Source: Patescibacteria group bacterium (GTDB lineage Bacteria > Patescibacteriota > Minisyncoccia > Phycocordibacterales > UBA9973). Taken from it: a stretch of DNA of 64,000 nt. The stretch lies in contig JAZKBO010000002.1 in assembly GCA_040388575.1 (NCBI GenBank), forward strand, positions 95,942 through 159,941, read 5' to 3'. Position 1 is the stretch's first letter. Each line of letters starts with the position of its first letter. Made by a program: the position numbers and the translations under genes. This document shows positions 27,596 to 35,512 of the stretch, piece after piece. The notes under the pieces were generated by a model that worked only from the letters and a program-made list of their open reading frames with translations, had not been told where the DNA came from and did not search any database.

Positions 27596-29094
27596 TATTC
27601 TTTTGAGTAGTTTGAGGTTGGACTAACCATAAAAATATCATGCACATGGCTCTCTCGCAGCCCAGCACCGGTAATAGTATAGACCGATGCATCACGCAAA
27701 TTATTTATTTCTTTTGCTCCCAAATACCCCATACCGGATCGTAGCCCGCCAATATATTGATGGAGAACCTCTCCAAGTGGACCTTTGTAAGGCACATGAG
27801 CGGAAACTCCTTCTGGAACAAGCTTGATCGGATCATATTGATCATCCTGGAAATATCTGTCCTTGGAACCTTTTTGCATTGCGTCCACTGAACCCATCCC
27901 ACGATACTTTTTAAATTTTTGTTCATTGCTGATAATTATCTCCCCAGGAGATTCATCGGTGCCTGCAAAAATACTTCCAGACATAACTACATCTGCACCG
28001 AAGACGAGGGCTTTGACTACATCACCACTGTATTTAATGCCGCCATCTGCAATAACAGGGATATCGTGAGCAGCACACGCTTTATAGACATCGTAAATTG
28101 CGGAAAGTTGAGGCACGCCCACCCCAGAGACGATTCGAGTAGTACATATTGAACCCGGACCAATGCCCACCTTAATTGCGTCAGCTCCGGCTTCGATTAA
28201 GGCTAGCGCAGCTGCACCTGTGGCAACATTACCGGCAATAATATCTAGCTTAGGATACTTAGTTCTAATATTCTTAACTGTATCAATAACTCCCTTGGAA
28301 TGGCCATGGGCTGTATCAATGCAAATTAAATCTACCTTACTCTCGACGAGTGCATCCACTCGTGCCAGAGCATCGGCACCTGTGCCAACTGCAGCTCCTA
28401 CGCGAAGCTTACCCTCAGCATCTTTGGTTGCGTTCGGATATTCGCGGCTTTTGACTGTGTCACCATGGGTTATCAAGCCCACCAACCTGTTGTCTTTATC
28501 AACTAGAGGCAACTTTTCTACACCGTGCTGCTTGAATAAATCATTCGCCTCCTCAATGGACGTATCAGCATGGCCAGTTATAAGCTTGGTAGTCATTATG
28601 GTTTTTATCGGCACAGTATCACTCTTTTCAAAACTTTCAAAGCGCAAATCCCTTTTAGTAACTAAACCAACCAGGGTACCCGTCTGGCTAATAATCGGGA
28701 TACCACTAATATTATTTTTTTGCTGGATTCGGAGTGCATCACCAATCGTTGCATTCTCAAGCAGTGTAATCGGATCTGTGATACGTCCAGACTCAAAGCG
28801 TTTAACTGTAAGTACATGGCTGGCTTGCTCCGTTACCAGTAAATTCTTATGAATAATACCAATGCCGCCATATTGAGCCATGCCGATAGCCATATCGCTC
28901 TCTGTCACGGTATCCATTGCAGCAGACATTAACGGAATACTTAGTGAAATATTTTTTGTTAGACGAGTTTTGATTATTACATCCTTCGGCAGCACTTCAG
29001 AATAGTTTGGTACCAACAAAATATCATCAAAGGTAAGCCCTTGGCCTAGCATATTAGGCATTGATACTTTTTTATCACCTTTTTCGTTTGTCAT
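27595..29094 (-). CDS. guaB: IMP dehydrogenase (with CBS pair)
   Basis: [10 protein letters not shown] start, CBS domains, catalytic loop [11 protein letters not shown]. Confidence 0.9.
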   Translation of the reverse strand: MTNEKGDKKVSMPNMLGQGLTFDDILLVPNYSEVLPKDVIIKTRLTKNISLSIPLMSAAMDTVTESDMAIGMAQYGGIGIIHKNLLVTEQASHVLTVKRFESGRITDPITLLENATIGDALRIQQKNNISGIPIISQTGTLVGLVTKRDLRFESFEKSDTVPIKTIMTTKLITGHADTSIEEANDLFKQHGVEKLPLVDKDNRLVGLITHGDTVKSREYPNATKDAEGKLRVGAAVGTGADALARVDALVESKVDLICIDTAHGHSKGVIDTVKNIRTKYPKLDIIAGNVATGAAALALIEAGADAIKVGIGPGSICTTRIVSGVGVPQLSAIYDVYKACAAHDIPVIADGGIKYSGDVVKALVFGADVVMSGSIFAGTDESPGEIIISNEQKFKKYRGMGSVDAMQKGSKDRYFQDDQYDPIKLVPEGVSAHVPYKGPLGEVLHQYIGGLRSGMGYLGAKEINNLRDASVYTITGAGLRESHVHDIFMVSPTSNYSKE

Positions 29095-29123
29095 ATATTA
29101 CCTTAACTATACACGTAATGATT

Positions 29124-29420
29124 TTATGCGTCAATTTTTACTCCCTCCTCAAGCAATAGTGATCGCTTAGTCTTAATGCCGCCCTTACCAGAGTATCCAC
29201 CAAGGGTTCCGTCATTCCGGATGACTCGGTGGCATGGAATTTGTGGTGCGCAGGGATTTGCGCCTACCGCATTAGCTACGGCTCGGATGGCCTTGGGCTT
29301 GCCAATACGCTTTGCTAGATCGGTATAAGTAATGACTTTTCCTTGAGAAATTTTTTGGAGTTCTTTCCAAACCTTTTTCTGAAATTCCGTTCCACTTAAT
29401 TTTGACACGTTAATTTTCAT
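29124..29420 (-). CDS. ogt: Methylated-DNA--protein-cysteine methyltransferase, stand-alone C-terminal (active-site) domain
   Basis: PCHRV active-site motif (Cys retained, so not an ATL protein) and VITYTDLA... helix-turn-helix. Only 98 aa, with no N-terminal domain. Confidence 0.8.
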   Translation of the reverse strand: MKINVSKLSGTEFQKKVWKELQKISQGKVITYTDLAKRIGKPKAIRAVANAVGANPCAPQIPCHRVIRNDGTLGGYSGKGGIKTKRSLLLEEGVKIDA

Positions 29421-29461
29421 ATTGCTTATTCTAACATGTGGAAAAATAAGGCCAAAATGAC

Positions 29462-29492
29462 TTGACTTTTGTCTAATAATGTGAAATACTAT
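29462..29492 (+). promoter_or_regulatory. Putative promoter TTGACT-N17-(TG)AAATACT upstream of GC-rich element
   Basis: Near-consensus -35 with an extended -10-like box on the plus strand. All flanking genes are on the minus strand. Confidence 0.35.
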
Positions 29493-29530
29493 CAGTAGAT
29501 CACTCCGAGGGCGGAGTGAGGGAAGGAAAA

Positions 29531-29719
29531 ATGAAACTGACCTACATCGCAGAAAAGCGATATTGTCGGCGAGGGGCCTGCAGAAAGCTCCTCTCGCACT
29601 ACAACCCGACTGACGAGTGCCTCTCGCACGGTAAGTCGGCAGGATTCAGAAGCGTGAGGGCCGAAGACTTCACGAACGACACGGTTCGGAAGTCGGAGCC
29701 CAAACCGCAACACCGCTAG
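29531..29719 (+). CDS. Small basic Cys/His-containing protein (62 aa) in a ~58% GC island; alternatively part of a structured RNA
   Basis: Strong SD (GGAAGGA, 4-5 nt spacing) before ATG. A 5' hairpin CACTCCG-AGGG-CGGAGTG precedes the SD. Sequence MKLTYIAEKRYCRRGACRKLLSHYNPTDECLSH... has a C-x4-C-x11-C-x2-H spacing. A ~130-nt 3' region then leads to a T-run. Confidence 0.35.
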   Translation: MKLTYIAEKRYCRRGACRKLLSHYNPTDECLSHGKSAGFRSVRAEDFTNDTVRKSEPKPQHR

Positions 29720-29804
29720 ACTCGAGCGCCTCTTCTAGTGCCGTGATCCCAGCCACGGCAACCCGTTCTTAAGTTCCCTCTGGTTAAGCCAGACGGAAAG
29801 CAAC

Positions 29805-29856
29805 ATCAAAATCTCTCGTCGTCCCCACAAGGCCGTCGAGATTTTTTGTTTTTAGG
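29805..29856 (+). terminator. Putative terminator (imperfect GC stem followed by TTTTTTGTTTTT)
   Basis: A T-rich run sits at 29843-29856 after a GC-rich segment on the plus strand. The stem is imperfect. Confidence 0.35.
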
Positions 29857-30327
29857 CTATATTATTTCAACTTTCTTTTCTATTATTTCCTTTCCTTCCG
29901 TACTAAATGTAAAGCTAGCATTCACTTTCTTACCTTCTAGGACTTGTGGCAACCAATGAATATCGTCAATCCACATATTTTCATAAGGGACTTTGTTGAT
30001 TGAATACCACTTAGGGGCCATCTCTTCGGTTTCAATTGGTTCCCCTTGCCACTTTTCTATAAAAAATACATGGACTTCTTGATTCCAATCCGAATTATCT
30101 TGAAAACTGAAATTAATAGTTGCGACTTGATGGAGATCCTTCGGCTCAATCTGGACTCTAATTTCCTCACGAGTCTCCCTAACTAGAGCTTCCTTGATAG
30201 TTTCGCCAATGTCCAATTTTCCTCCGACACCATTCCATTTACCCGCACCAAACCCACGCTTCTTCATTGCTAGTAATATTTGCTTCTCCTTAGGTTTATT
30301 CAGAAAAAGTAAAGTGGTCTTTTTCAT
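29857..30327 (-). CDS. NUDIX hydrolase (MutT-like)
   Basis: Nudix box GGKLDIGETIKEALVRETREEIRV (Gx5Ex7REUxEExGU). Confidence 0.8.
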   Translation of the reverse strand: MKKTTLLFLNKPKEKQILLAMKKRGFGAGKWNGVGGKLDIGETIKEALVRETREEIRVQIEPKDLHQVATINFSFQDNSDWNQEVHVFFIEKWQGEPIETEEMAPKWYSINKVPYENMWIDDIHWLPQVLEGKKVNASFTFSTEGKEIIEKKVEII

Positions 30328-30331
30328 ATTG

Positions 30332-30402
30332 CTGGGAGGCTTGGAATCGAACCAAGATTAACGGCTTCAAAGGCCGCTGTCCTACCGTTAGACGATCTCC
30401 CA
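30332..30402 (-). tRNA. tRNA-Gln (anticodon UUG), CCA not encoded
   Basis: Hand-folded cloverleaf. U1-A72 and G73 are typical of bacterial tRNA-Gln. D-stem GTCT/GGAC, anticodon loop CTTTGAA, T-arm CTTGG-TTCGATT-CCAAG. There is one 7-66 mismatch. Confidence 0.8.
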
Positions 30403-30426
30403 ATAACTTAAAAACACTGAACAACC

Positions 30427-31485
30427 TTAATCTTTACTTATTATTCTTACCAACGCAAGCTCAAGTGGTAATTCGGTAATAAAAGCCTTATCCATATTTT
30501 GGTACTCTTCTAGTAGCGTCGCCAATGCAGGTGAGCGCAAATTTCCCTCTTTGTCATCCTTAATTATACCTTTTAGAAACTCTAAGTCAGTTGCCCCGAT
30601 GTCTTGCGCCATTTCATCTTGCAGCTTTGGAGCATAGCGCAGGATAATTACCAGACGGAACTTTTCAATAATTAATTTAAAAAATAATTTCATATCAAGG
30701 TTACTTGAGGATGCATCCTTTACCGCGGTAATACCCATAGGTAGATCTTTAGTAGCGATAGCCCGAATATAATCATTAACCAAGGTTGTTTTAGGTGCAC
30801 CAGTCACCTTTTCTACATCATCTCGCGACACCTTGGTTGCTTTCTTTCCTTTAGCGTCCTTTTGATAAAAATTTAAAACTTTCTGGAGTTCACCTAATGC
30901 ATCACGGAAGGAGCCGTCACTAAGTATTGCCAGGAGTTCCGCTGCACCAGCATCCAAGTCCACAGACTCCTTCTTAGCAACATCTAATAGCATTTTTTTA
31001 GCAACTACCTCCGATGCTTTTCTAAAAGTAAAAACCTGACAGCGGGAAATTATTGTGTCCGGAACTTTATGGAATTCAGTAGTAGCTAAAATAAAAATCA
31101 CATGCTTCGGCGGCTCTTCTAGGGTCTTGAGTAATGCGCCCCAGGCATCCTTCGAGAGCATGTGGACCTCGTCAATAATATAGACCTTGTATTTGGAATC
31201 GAATGGCAGGACTCGCACTCCGTCACGGAGGGCCTTAATGTCCTCAATGCCGCGGTTAGATGCTGCATCGATTTCATATAGGTCATTCGTAGATATTCCG
31301 ATTTCTTTAGCAAAGATTCGAGCTACGGAGGTTTTACCTGTACCACGGGATCCTACAAATAAGTAGGCATGGGAGACTTTATTGGTCTCCACTGAGCTTT
31401 CAAGTATGTCCACAATGTGGTCCTGGCCCAACACTTCGCTCCATTTTTGCGGCCTATATTTACGGTAAAGCGCTAAGTCATGCAT
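30427..31485 (-). CDS. dnaX: DNA polymerase III gamma/tau subunit, short form
   Basis: LYRKYRPQKWSEVLGQ start, P-loop GSRGTGKTS, DEVH-like box IIDEVHML, sensor SRCQ. Confidence 0.85.
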   Translation of the reverse strand: MHDLALYRKYRPQKWSEVLGQDHIVDILESSVETNKVSHAYLFVGSRGTGKTSVARIFAKEIGISTNDLYEIDAASNRGIEDIKALRDGVRVLPFDSKYKVYIIDEVHMLSKDAWGALLKTLEEPPKHVIFILATTEFHKVPDTIISRCQVFTFRKASEVVAKKMLLDVAKKESVDLDAGAAELLAILSDGSFRDALGELQKVLNFYQKDAKGKKATKVSRDDVEKVTGAPKTTLVNDYIRAIATKDLPMGITAVKDASSSNLDMKLFFKLIIEKFRLVIILRYAPKLQDEMAQDIGATDLEFLKGIIKDDKEGNLRSPALATLLEEYQNMDKAFITELPLELALVRIISKD

Positions 31486-31494
31486 AAAATTATT

Positions 31495-32484
31495 CTACCT
31501 TATTCCTCCTAAAAAATCATTAACAATATCCTCAACTTCCTTTGCATTATTTACCTCCATTAATTTAACCCGGAGTTCCTTGGCGCCATCGAAACCATTT
31601 ACATATGCCTTGTAATGCTTTTTCATTATTGCAAAGTTTTTATGTCTGCCCAACATTTCCTCAAAGAGCTTTGTATGTTCTACCATAACTTTTAATTTTT
31701 CTTGTAAGGTTGGGGCTTTGCCAGTGAAGAGCCATGGATTGCCAAAGATCGCACGCCCCAACATCACACCATCACAGCCATAGTCATTTGCTTTTTGTTT
31801 TGCATCCACTAAATCAAGTGCGTCACCATTACCGAAAATTAAGGTATCTTTTTTCATCTGATTTCGGATTTCAATAATTCTTGGCATCAAGTCCCAATGT
31901 GCTGGCACGTCTGACATTTCCTTCCTTGTGCGTAGGTGCACAGTCAGCATTGCTAAATCCTCCTCAAGTAGGGCTGGTATCCAAGTTTCAATTTCATCTT
32001 TATTGTAACCAATGCGAGTTTTTACTGACACGGGTAATCCTGGTGCGCCTTCTTTAACTGCTCTAATTATTGCTTTAGCGAGCGAAGGATCCTTCATCAT
32101 CGCAGCTCCCGCACATTGCTTTTCGATAGTTTTATCGGGGCAGCCCATGTTAATATCAATGCCATCAAAGCCCAGCTCCTTACAAAGAGCCGCAGCAATT
32201 TTAATATTCTCCGGTCTACCGCCAAATATTTGCGCAACAATCGGCCGTTCATTTTCTGCATATTTAAAATCAATCAACAGCTTCTCGCGAGCTATTGGAT
32301 GCGCCAAACCATCTGCCGATACAAATTCCGTCCAGAATACGTCCGGCTTGCCATGCTCGGCAATTATTTGCCTAAAGACACAATCAGTAACGTCTGCCAT
32401 TGGTGCAAGAACCATGATTGGCTTATTTAGATTCTGCCAAAATCCTAAGTTACTCATTAAATTTCCAGTAAACCTTATTGCCAA
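31495..32484 (-). CDS. dus: tRNA-dihydrouridine synthase
   Basis: LAPMADVTD, IDINMGCP and TVHLRTR motifs of the Dus family (TIM barrel, FMN). Confidence 0.85.
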   Translation of the reverse strand: MAIRFTGNLMSNLGFWQNLNKPIMVLAPMADVTDCVFRQIIAEHGKPDVFWTEFVSADGLAHPIAREKLLIDFKYAENERPIVAQIFGGRPENIKIAAALCKELGFDGIDINMGCPDKTIEKQCAGAAMMKDPSLAKAIIRAVKEGAPGLPVSVKTRIGYNKDEIETWIPALLEEDLAMLTVHLRTRKEMSDVPAHWDLMPRIIEIRNQMKKDTLIFGNGDALDLVDAKQKANDYGCDGVMLGRAIFGNPWLFTGKAPTLQEKLKVMVEHTKLFEEMLGRHKNFAIMKKHYKAYVNGFDGAKELRVKLMEVNNAKEVEDIVNDFLGGIR

Positions 32485-33313
32485 ATCTTAGATCAATATA
32501 ATTTAGTTTCCCATAATTTTTCTTAAAGTCAGTCTGCAGCGGCTCGGTGGTTAGTGCAGTTTGTAAATTTTCGATTATTTTCGACAAATCTGCGTCCTTT
32601 TTAAGTATTAGCTGGGGGTTAGGTGCGGGAGGGGCTTTAGGTGAAAGTACTACTTTTATTTCATCATCCTTGGTGACAGTAATTGCAATATCCTTCAGCC
32701 CTAGAGCATCCAGATCCTTCTTGAATGTAATGAGATTAGAAAAAATTGCAGGCTCATAGTACTCACCCACACCAGTTTCTAGCCCACCATCATAGAATTT
32801 AAAATAAACATTTCCTGAAAAATACGGAGCTTCGTCGAATATATATCCAGTATTGTCCATAAAATAACACTTTTCATTCTTATCATTATTAGTAGCCGGA
32901 TTGTCTCCACACCAAGTATAGAGTCCATCTCTTTCAGTCATTGAAATTTCAAGGACGCGGTCATTTTTAATGCTAAATGAAATATTTTGCAGTCTTGGAA
33001 ATTTTGCCTCAAGCTCTTTTTGAATATCTACCTTTGGATAGAGTAAGAAATTTGTTTTAGGGAATATGTACAGGTAGTTACCTTCAAGATTTTCGAGCGC
33101 AATGGTACGTATTTCGCCTGTATCAACGACTCTATTGCCTGTTGCCTCGACTTGCGTAATGTTAAATTTATCAATCCTCGTAAGTAACGACAAGCCGCCG
33201 ACAATGGCACAAAAGCCAAAAACAACAACAGAGATTTTGACCCAGAGTATATTACGCCTTTGCCTCTTTAATTCCCTAAGGCGTGGAGAGTCTAAAACGC
33301 TTCGCTTGCTCAT
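32450..33313 (-). CDS. Cell-division protein FtsQ/DivIB-like (POTRA domain)
   Basis: Basic N-terminus, a single TM, then FNITQVEATGNRVV...LYIFPKTNFLL...KFPRLQNISFSIK...LEISMTER, which fits the POTRA/FtsQ pattern. Confidence 0.6.
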   Translation of the reverse strand: MSKRSVLDSPRLRELKRQRRNILWVKISVVVFGFCAIVGGLSLLTRIDKFNITQVEATGNRVVDTGEIRTIALENLEGNYLYIFPKTNFLLYPKVDIQKELEAKFPRLQNISFSIKNDRVLEISMTERDGLYTWCGDNPATNNDKNEKCYFMDNTGYIFDEAPYFSGNVYFKFYDGGLETGVGEYYEPAIFSNLITFKKDLDALGLKDIAITVTKDDEIKVVLSPKAPPAPNPQLILKKDADLSKIIENLQTALTTEPLQTDFKKNYGKLNYIDLRFGNKVYWKFNE

Positions 33314-33315
33314 AG

Positions 33316-34581
33316 CTATTTAATGATGGTCTTGCCACCCATATACTTCTGTAAAACTTCAGGAATTTTTATCGTGCCGTCTGCTTGTTGATAGTTTTCC
33401 AGGATTGAAGCCGGTAGCCTGGAAGTAGCGCAGGCAGTATTGTTTAATGAATGCACGTATTTAAGTTTTCCACCTTCATCCTTGTATTTAATATTTAGTC
33501 GGCGAGTTTGAAAATCATGAAAGTAGGAAGAGGAGTGGGTTTCCCGATATTTATTTTGTGAAGGCATCCAGGCCTCGATGTCATACTTCTTTACTTGGCC
33601 GAGCCCAAGATCCCCACCACAATTTACTACAACGCGATAAGGAACTTTCAATTCCTGCATTAAGTGCTCCACATGTGCTGTTATTTCTTCGTGCAGTTTT
33701 ACTGACATTTCATGGTCCGCTTCGCAAAGTAGAACCTGTTCAACTTTAAAAAATTCATGAACTCGAATTATACCCTTCACATCCTTACCGTGGCTACCAG
33801 CTTCGCGCCTGAAGCATGGTGAGAAGGCGATAATTTTATTTGGTAATGATGTTTTTGGCACTACTTCACCTGAGAAATACGACATGGTGGCAACTTCCGC
33901 GGTGCCTGCTAGGTACTCACCATCTTGCGTTTTATAAAGATCATCCTCACCTCCTGGAATATAGCCAGTGCCCATGAGAGCCTCCTTCCTGACTAATGAC
34001 GGCACGATCATCGGCGTGTAACCCTGCTTCACAAAATAGTCCATGGTGTATTGCCAGAGTGCAAAAAATAGTAGTGCACCATCATTCTTCATAAAATAGC
34101 CTCGAAAACCAGAAACTTTTGTGCCACGCTCGAAATCCGCTAAGTCCAAACTCTCCAGGAGTTCCACATGATCCTTGGGAGTAAAATCGAACTTTGGCTT
34201 TTCACCCCAGGCCCTGACTTCCACATTTTCAATATCACTACTACCATCGGGAACTGAAATATCTGGGACATTTGGAACCTGCAACATCACCTTCTGCCAC
34301 TCCTCCATCACGGTCTTCAATTTTTCCTCTTTACCTTTTATATCTTCCTTTACCGCACGCATTTCCTCAATTAGCTGCACTTTCAACGCTGGATCTTGGT
34401 CCCGAGCAATATCATTCGATACTCGATTCACTTCCGCACGCAAATCCTCTATCTCCTTGAGCATTTTTAAGCGGTCATCATCAAGCTCAACAAGCTTATT
34501 TATGTCAATTTTTATAAGCTTTTTATTGGCTCCGGCCTGGACTACATCCTTATTTTCCCGGATGAATTTGATATCTAGCAT
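33316..34581 (-). CDS. serS: Seryl-tRNA synthetase
   Basis: N-terminal coiled-coil, class II motifs (FRRE...GSHG, GLGQ), 421 aa. Confidence 0.9.
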   Translation of the reverse strand: MLDIKFIRENKDVVQAGANKKLIKIDINKLVELDDDRLKMLKEIEDLRAEVNRVSNDIARDQDPALKVQLIEEMRAVKEDIKGKEEKLKTVMEEWQKVMLQVPNVPDISVPDGSSDIENVEVRAWGEKPKFDFTPKDHVELLESLDLADFERGTKVSGFRGYFMKNDGALLFFALWQYTMDYFVKQGYTPMIVPSLVRKEALMGTGYIPGGEDDLYKTQDGEYLAGTAEVATMSYFSGEVVPKTSLPNKIIAFSPCFRREAGSHGKDVKGIIRVHEFFKVEQVLLCEADHEMSVKLHEEITAHVEHLMQELKVPYRVVVNCGGDLGLGQVKKYDIEAWMPSQNKYRETHSSSYFHDFQTRRLNIKYKDEGGKLKYVHSLNNTACATSRLPASILENYQQADGTIKIPEVLQKYMGGKTIIK

Positions 34582-34604
34582 TTCATTATTATATACTATA
34601 GACG

Positions 34605-35462
34605 ATGGAAATCAAAAAACTCCCTTTTAATCGATTCCCTAAGGTGATGTTGGAAATTCCTCAACCTCCTAAGAATCTTTGGATTATGGGCGAGATGCCG
34701 CCAGAGAAATCTATATATTTATGTATAGTCGGTTCCCGTAAATTTACATCCTATGGACGAGATGCGTGTGAAAAAATAATTGCCGGCTTGAGGGGCTACC
34801 CTATTGTGATTGTTTCTGGGCTTGCACTAGGTATTGATGCCATAGCCCACCAGAAGGCGCTAGCGGTTGGACTCAAAACACTGGTCTTCCCGGGTTCCGG
34901 GCTCTCACCAGCTGCAATGTATCCAAAAACAAATGTTAGGCTGGCTGAAGATGTGGTAAGGAGTGGTGGCTGTGTAATTTCAGAATTCGAACCCGACTTT
35001 AAGGCAACACTTTATAGCTTTCCGTTACGCAACAGACTCATGGCAGGAATTTCTAAAGCTGTACTGGTAATTGAAGCTGCGGAAAAATCTGGCACGACTA
35101 TTACAGCACGATTAGCTACAGAATACAATCGTGATTTGCTAGTAGTACCTGGCTCAATATTTTCCCCAAATTCAGCCGGCACAAATAGATTGTTGCGCCA
35201 AGGGGCTACCCCTGTAACCTCGTCTGAAGACGTGCTAGAAGCATTAGGATTTAAAATTGATAAAAAGGAAAAACAGGCTAAGCTCTTTGCTGACCTTGCT
35301 CCAGAGGAGAAGAAGGTTATTGATTTATTGCGCGAGCCAGTGGAGCGAAATGACTTAATTAAGAAAATGAAGATGAACACCCCGGATGCAAATGCGTTAC
35401 TTTCTATTATGGAAATCAAAGAACTAATTAAAGAAGAATTAGGTGAAATAAAACTTGCTTAA
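34605..35462 (+). CDS. dprA: DNA-processing protein DprA/Smf
   Basis: Rossmann-like block VGSRKFTSYGRDACEKIIAGL...VSGLALGIDAIAHQKAL...VFPGSGL. Confidence 0.85.
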   Translation: MEIKKLPFNRFPKVMLEIPQPPKNLWIMGEMPPEKSIYLCIVGSRKFTSYGRDACEKIIAGLRGYPIVIVSGLALGIDAIAHQKALAVGLKTLVFPGSGLSPAAMYPKTNVRLAEDVVRSGGCVISEFEPDFKATLYSFPLRNRLMAGISKAVLVIEAAEKSGTTITARLATEYNRDLLVVPGSIFSPNSAGTNRLLRQGATPVTSSEDVLEALGFKIDKKEKQAKLFADLAPEEKKVIDLLREPVERNDLIKKMKMNTPDANALLSIMEIKELIKEELGEIKLA

Positions 35463-35474
35463 TTTTGTTGAAAT

Positions 35475-35503
35475 TTGCAAATAATTTCTATTTCGTGTAA
35501 TAC
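35475..35503 (+). promoter_or_regulatory. Promoter TTGCAA-N17-(TG)TAATAC, ATG 9 nt downstream (leaderless-type) for topA
   Basis: Same architecture as the promoters at 8764 and 38140. There is no SD between the -10 box and the ATG. Confidence 0.4.
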
Positions 35504-35512
35504 TTAGCTCCT

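Noticed and set aside
28163-28852. 229-aa plus-strand ORF inside guaB
   Set aside because: It is entirely antisense to a highly conserved IMP dehydrogenase gene, with Ser/Thr/Ala-rich nonsense composition and no RBS.
29480-29860. Tried to recognise RNase P RNA, tmRNA or SRP RNA in the GC-rich element (either strand)
   Set aside because: A GGAAGUCGGAGCCC stretch loosely resembles the RNase P P4 5' strand, but no complementary P4 3' strand (CCGGCUUA-like) exists at the right distance. There is no tmRNA T-arm/ACCA end and no SRP domain-IV GGAA/AGCAG motif. The element is left as unresolved, a protein gene or novel RNA, rather than called ncRNA.
31119-31313. 64-aa minus-strand ORF nested in dnaX in another frame
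   Set aside because: It is an out-of-frame overlap within a conserved gene, with no independent signals.
32012-32491. 159-aa plus-strand ORF inside dus
   Set aside because: It is antisense to the well-supported dihydrouridine synthase gene.
34175-34630. 151-aa plus-strand ORF overlapping serS 5' region
   Set aside because: It is antisense to serS with a Ser-rich low-complexity translation. The real plus-strand gene (dprA) starts at 34605.
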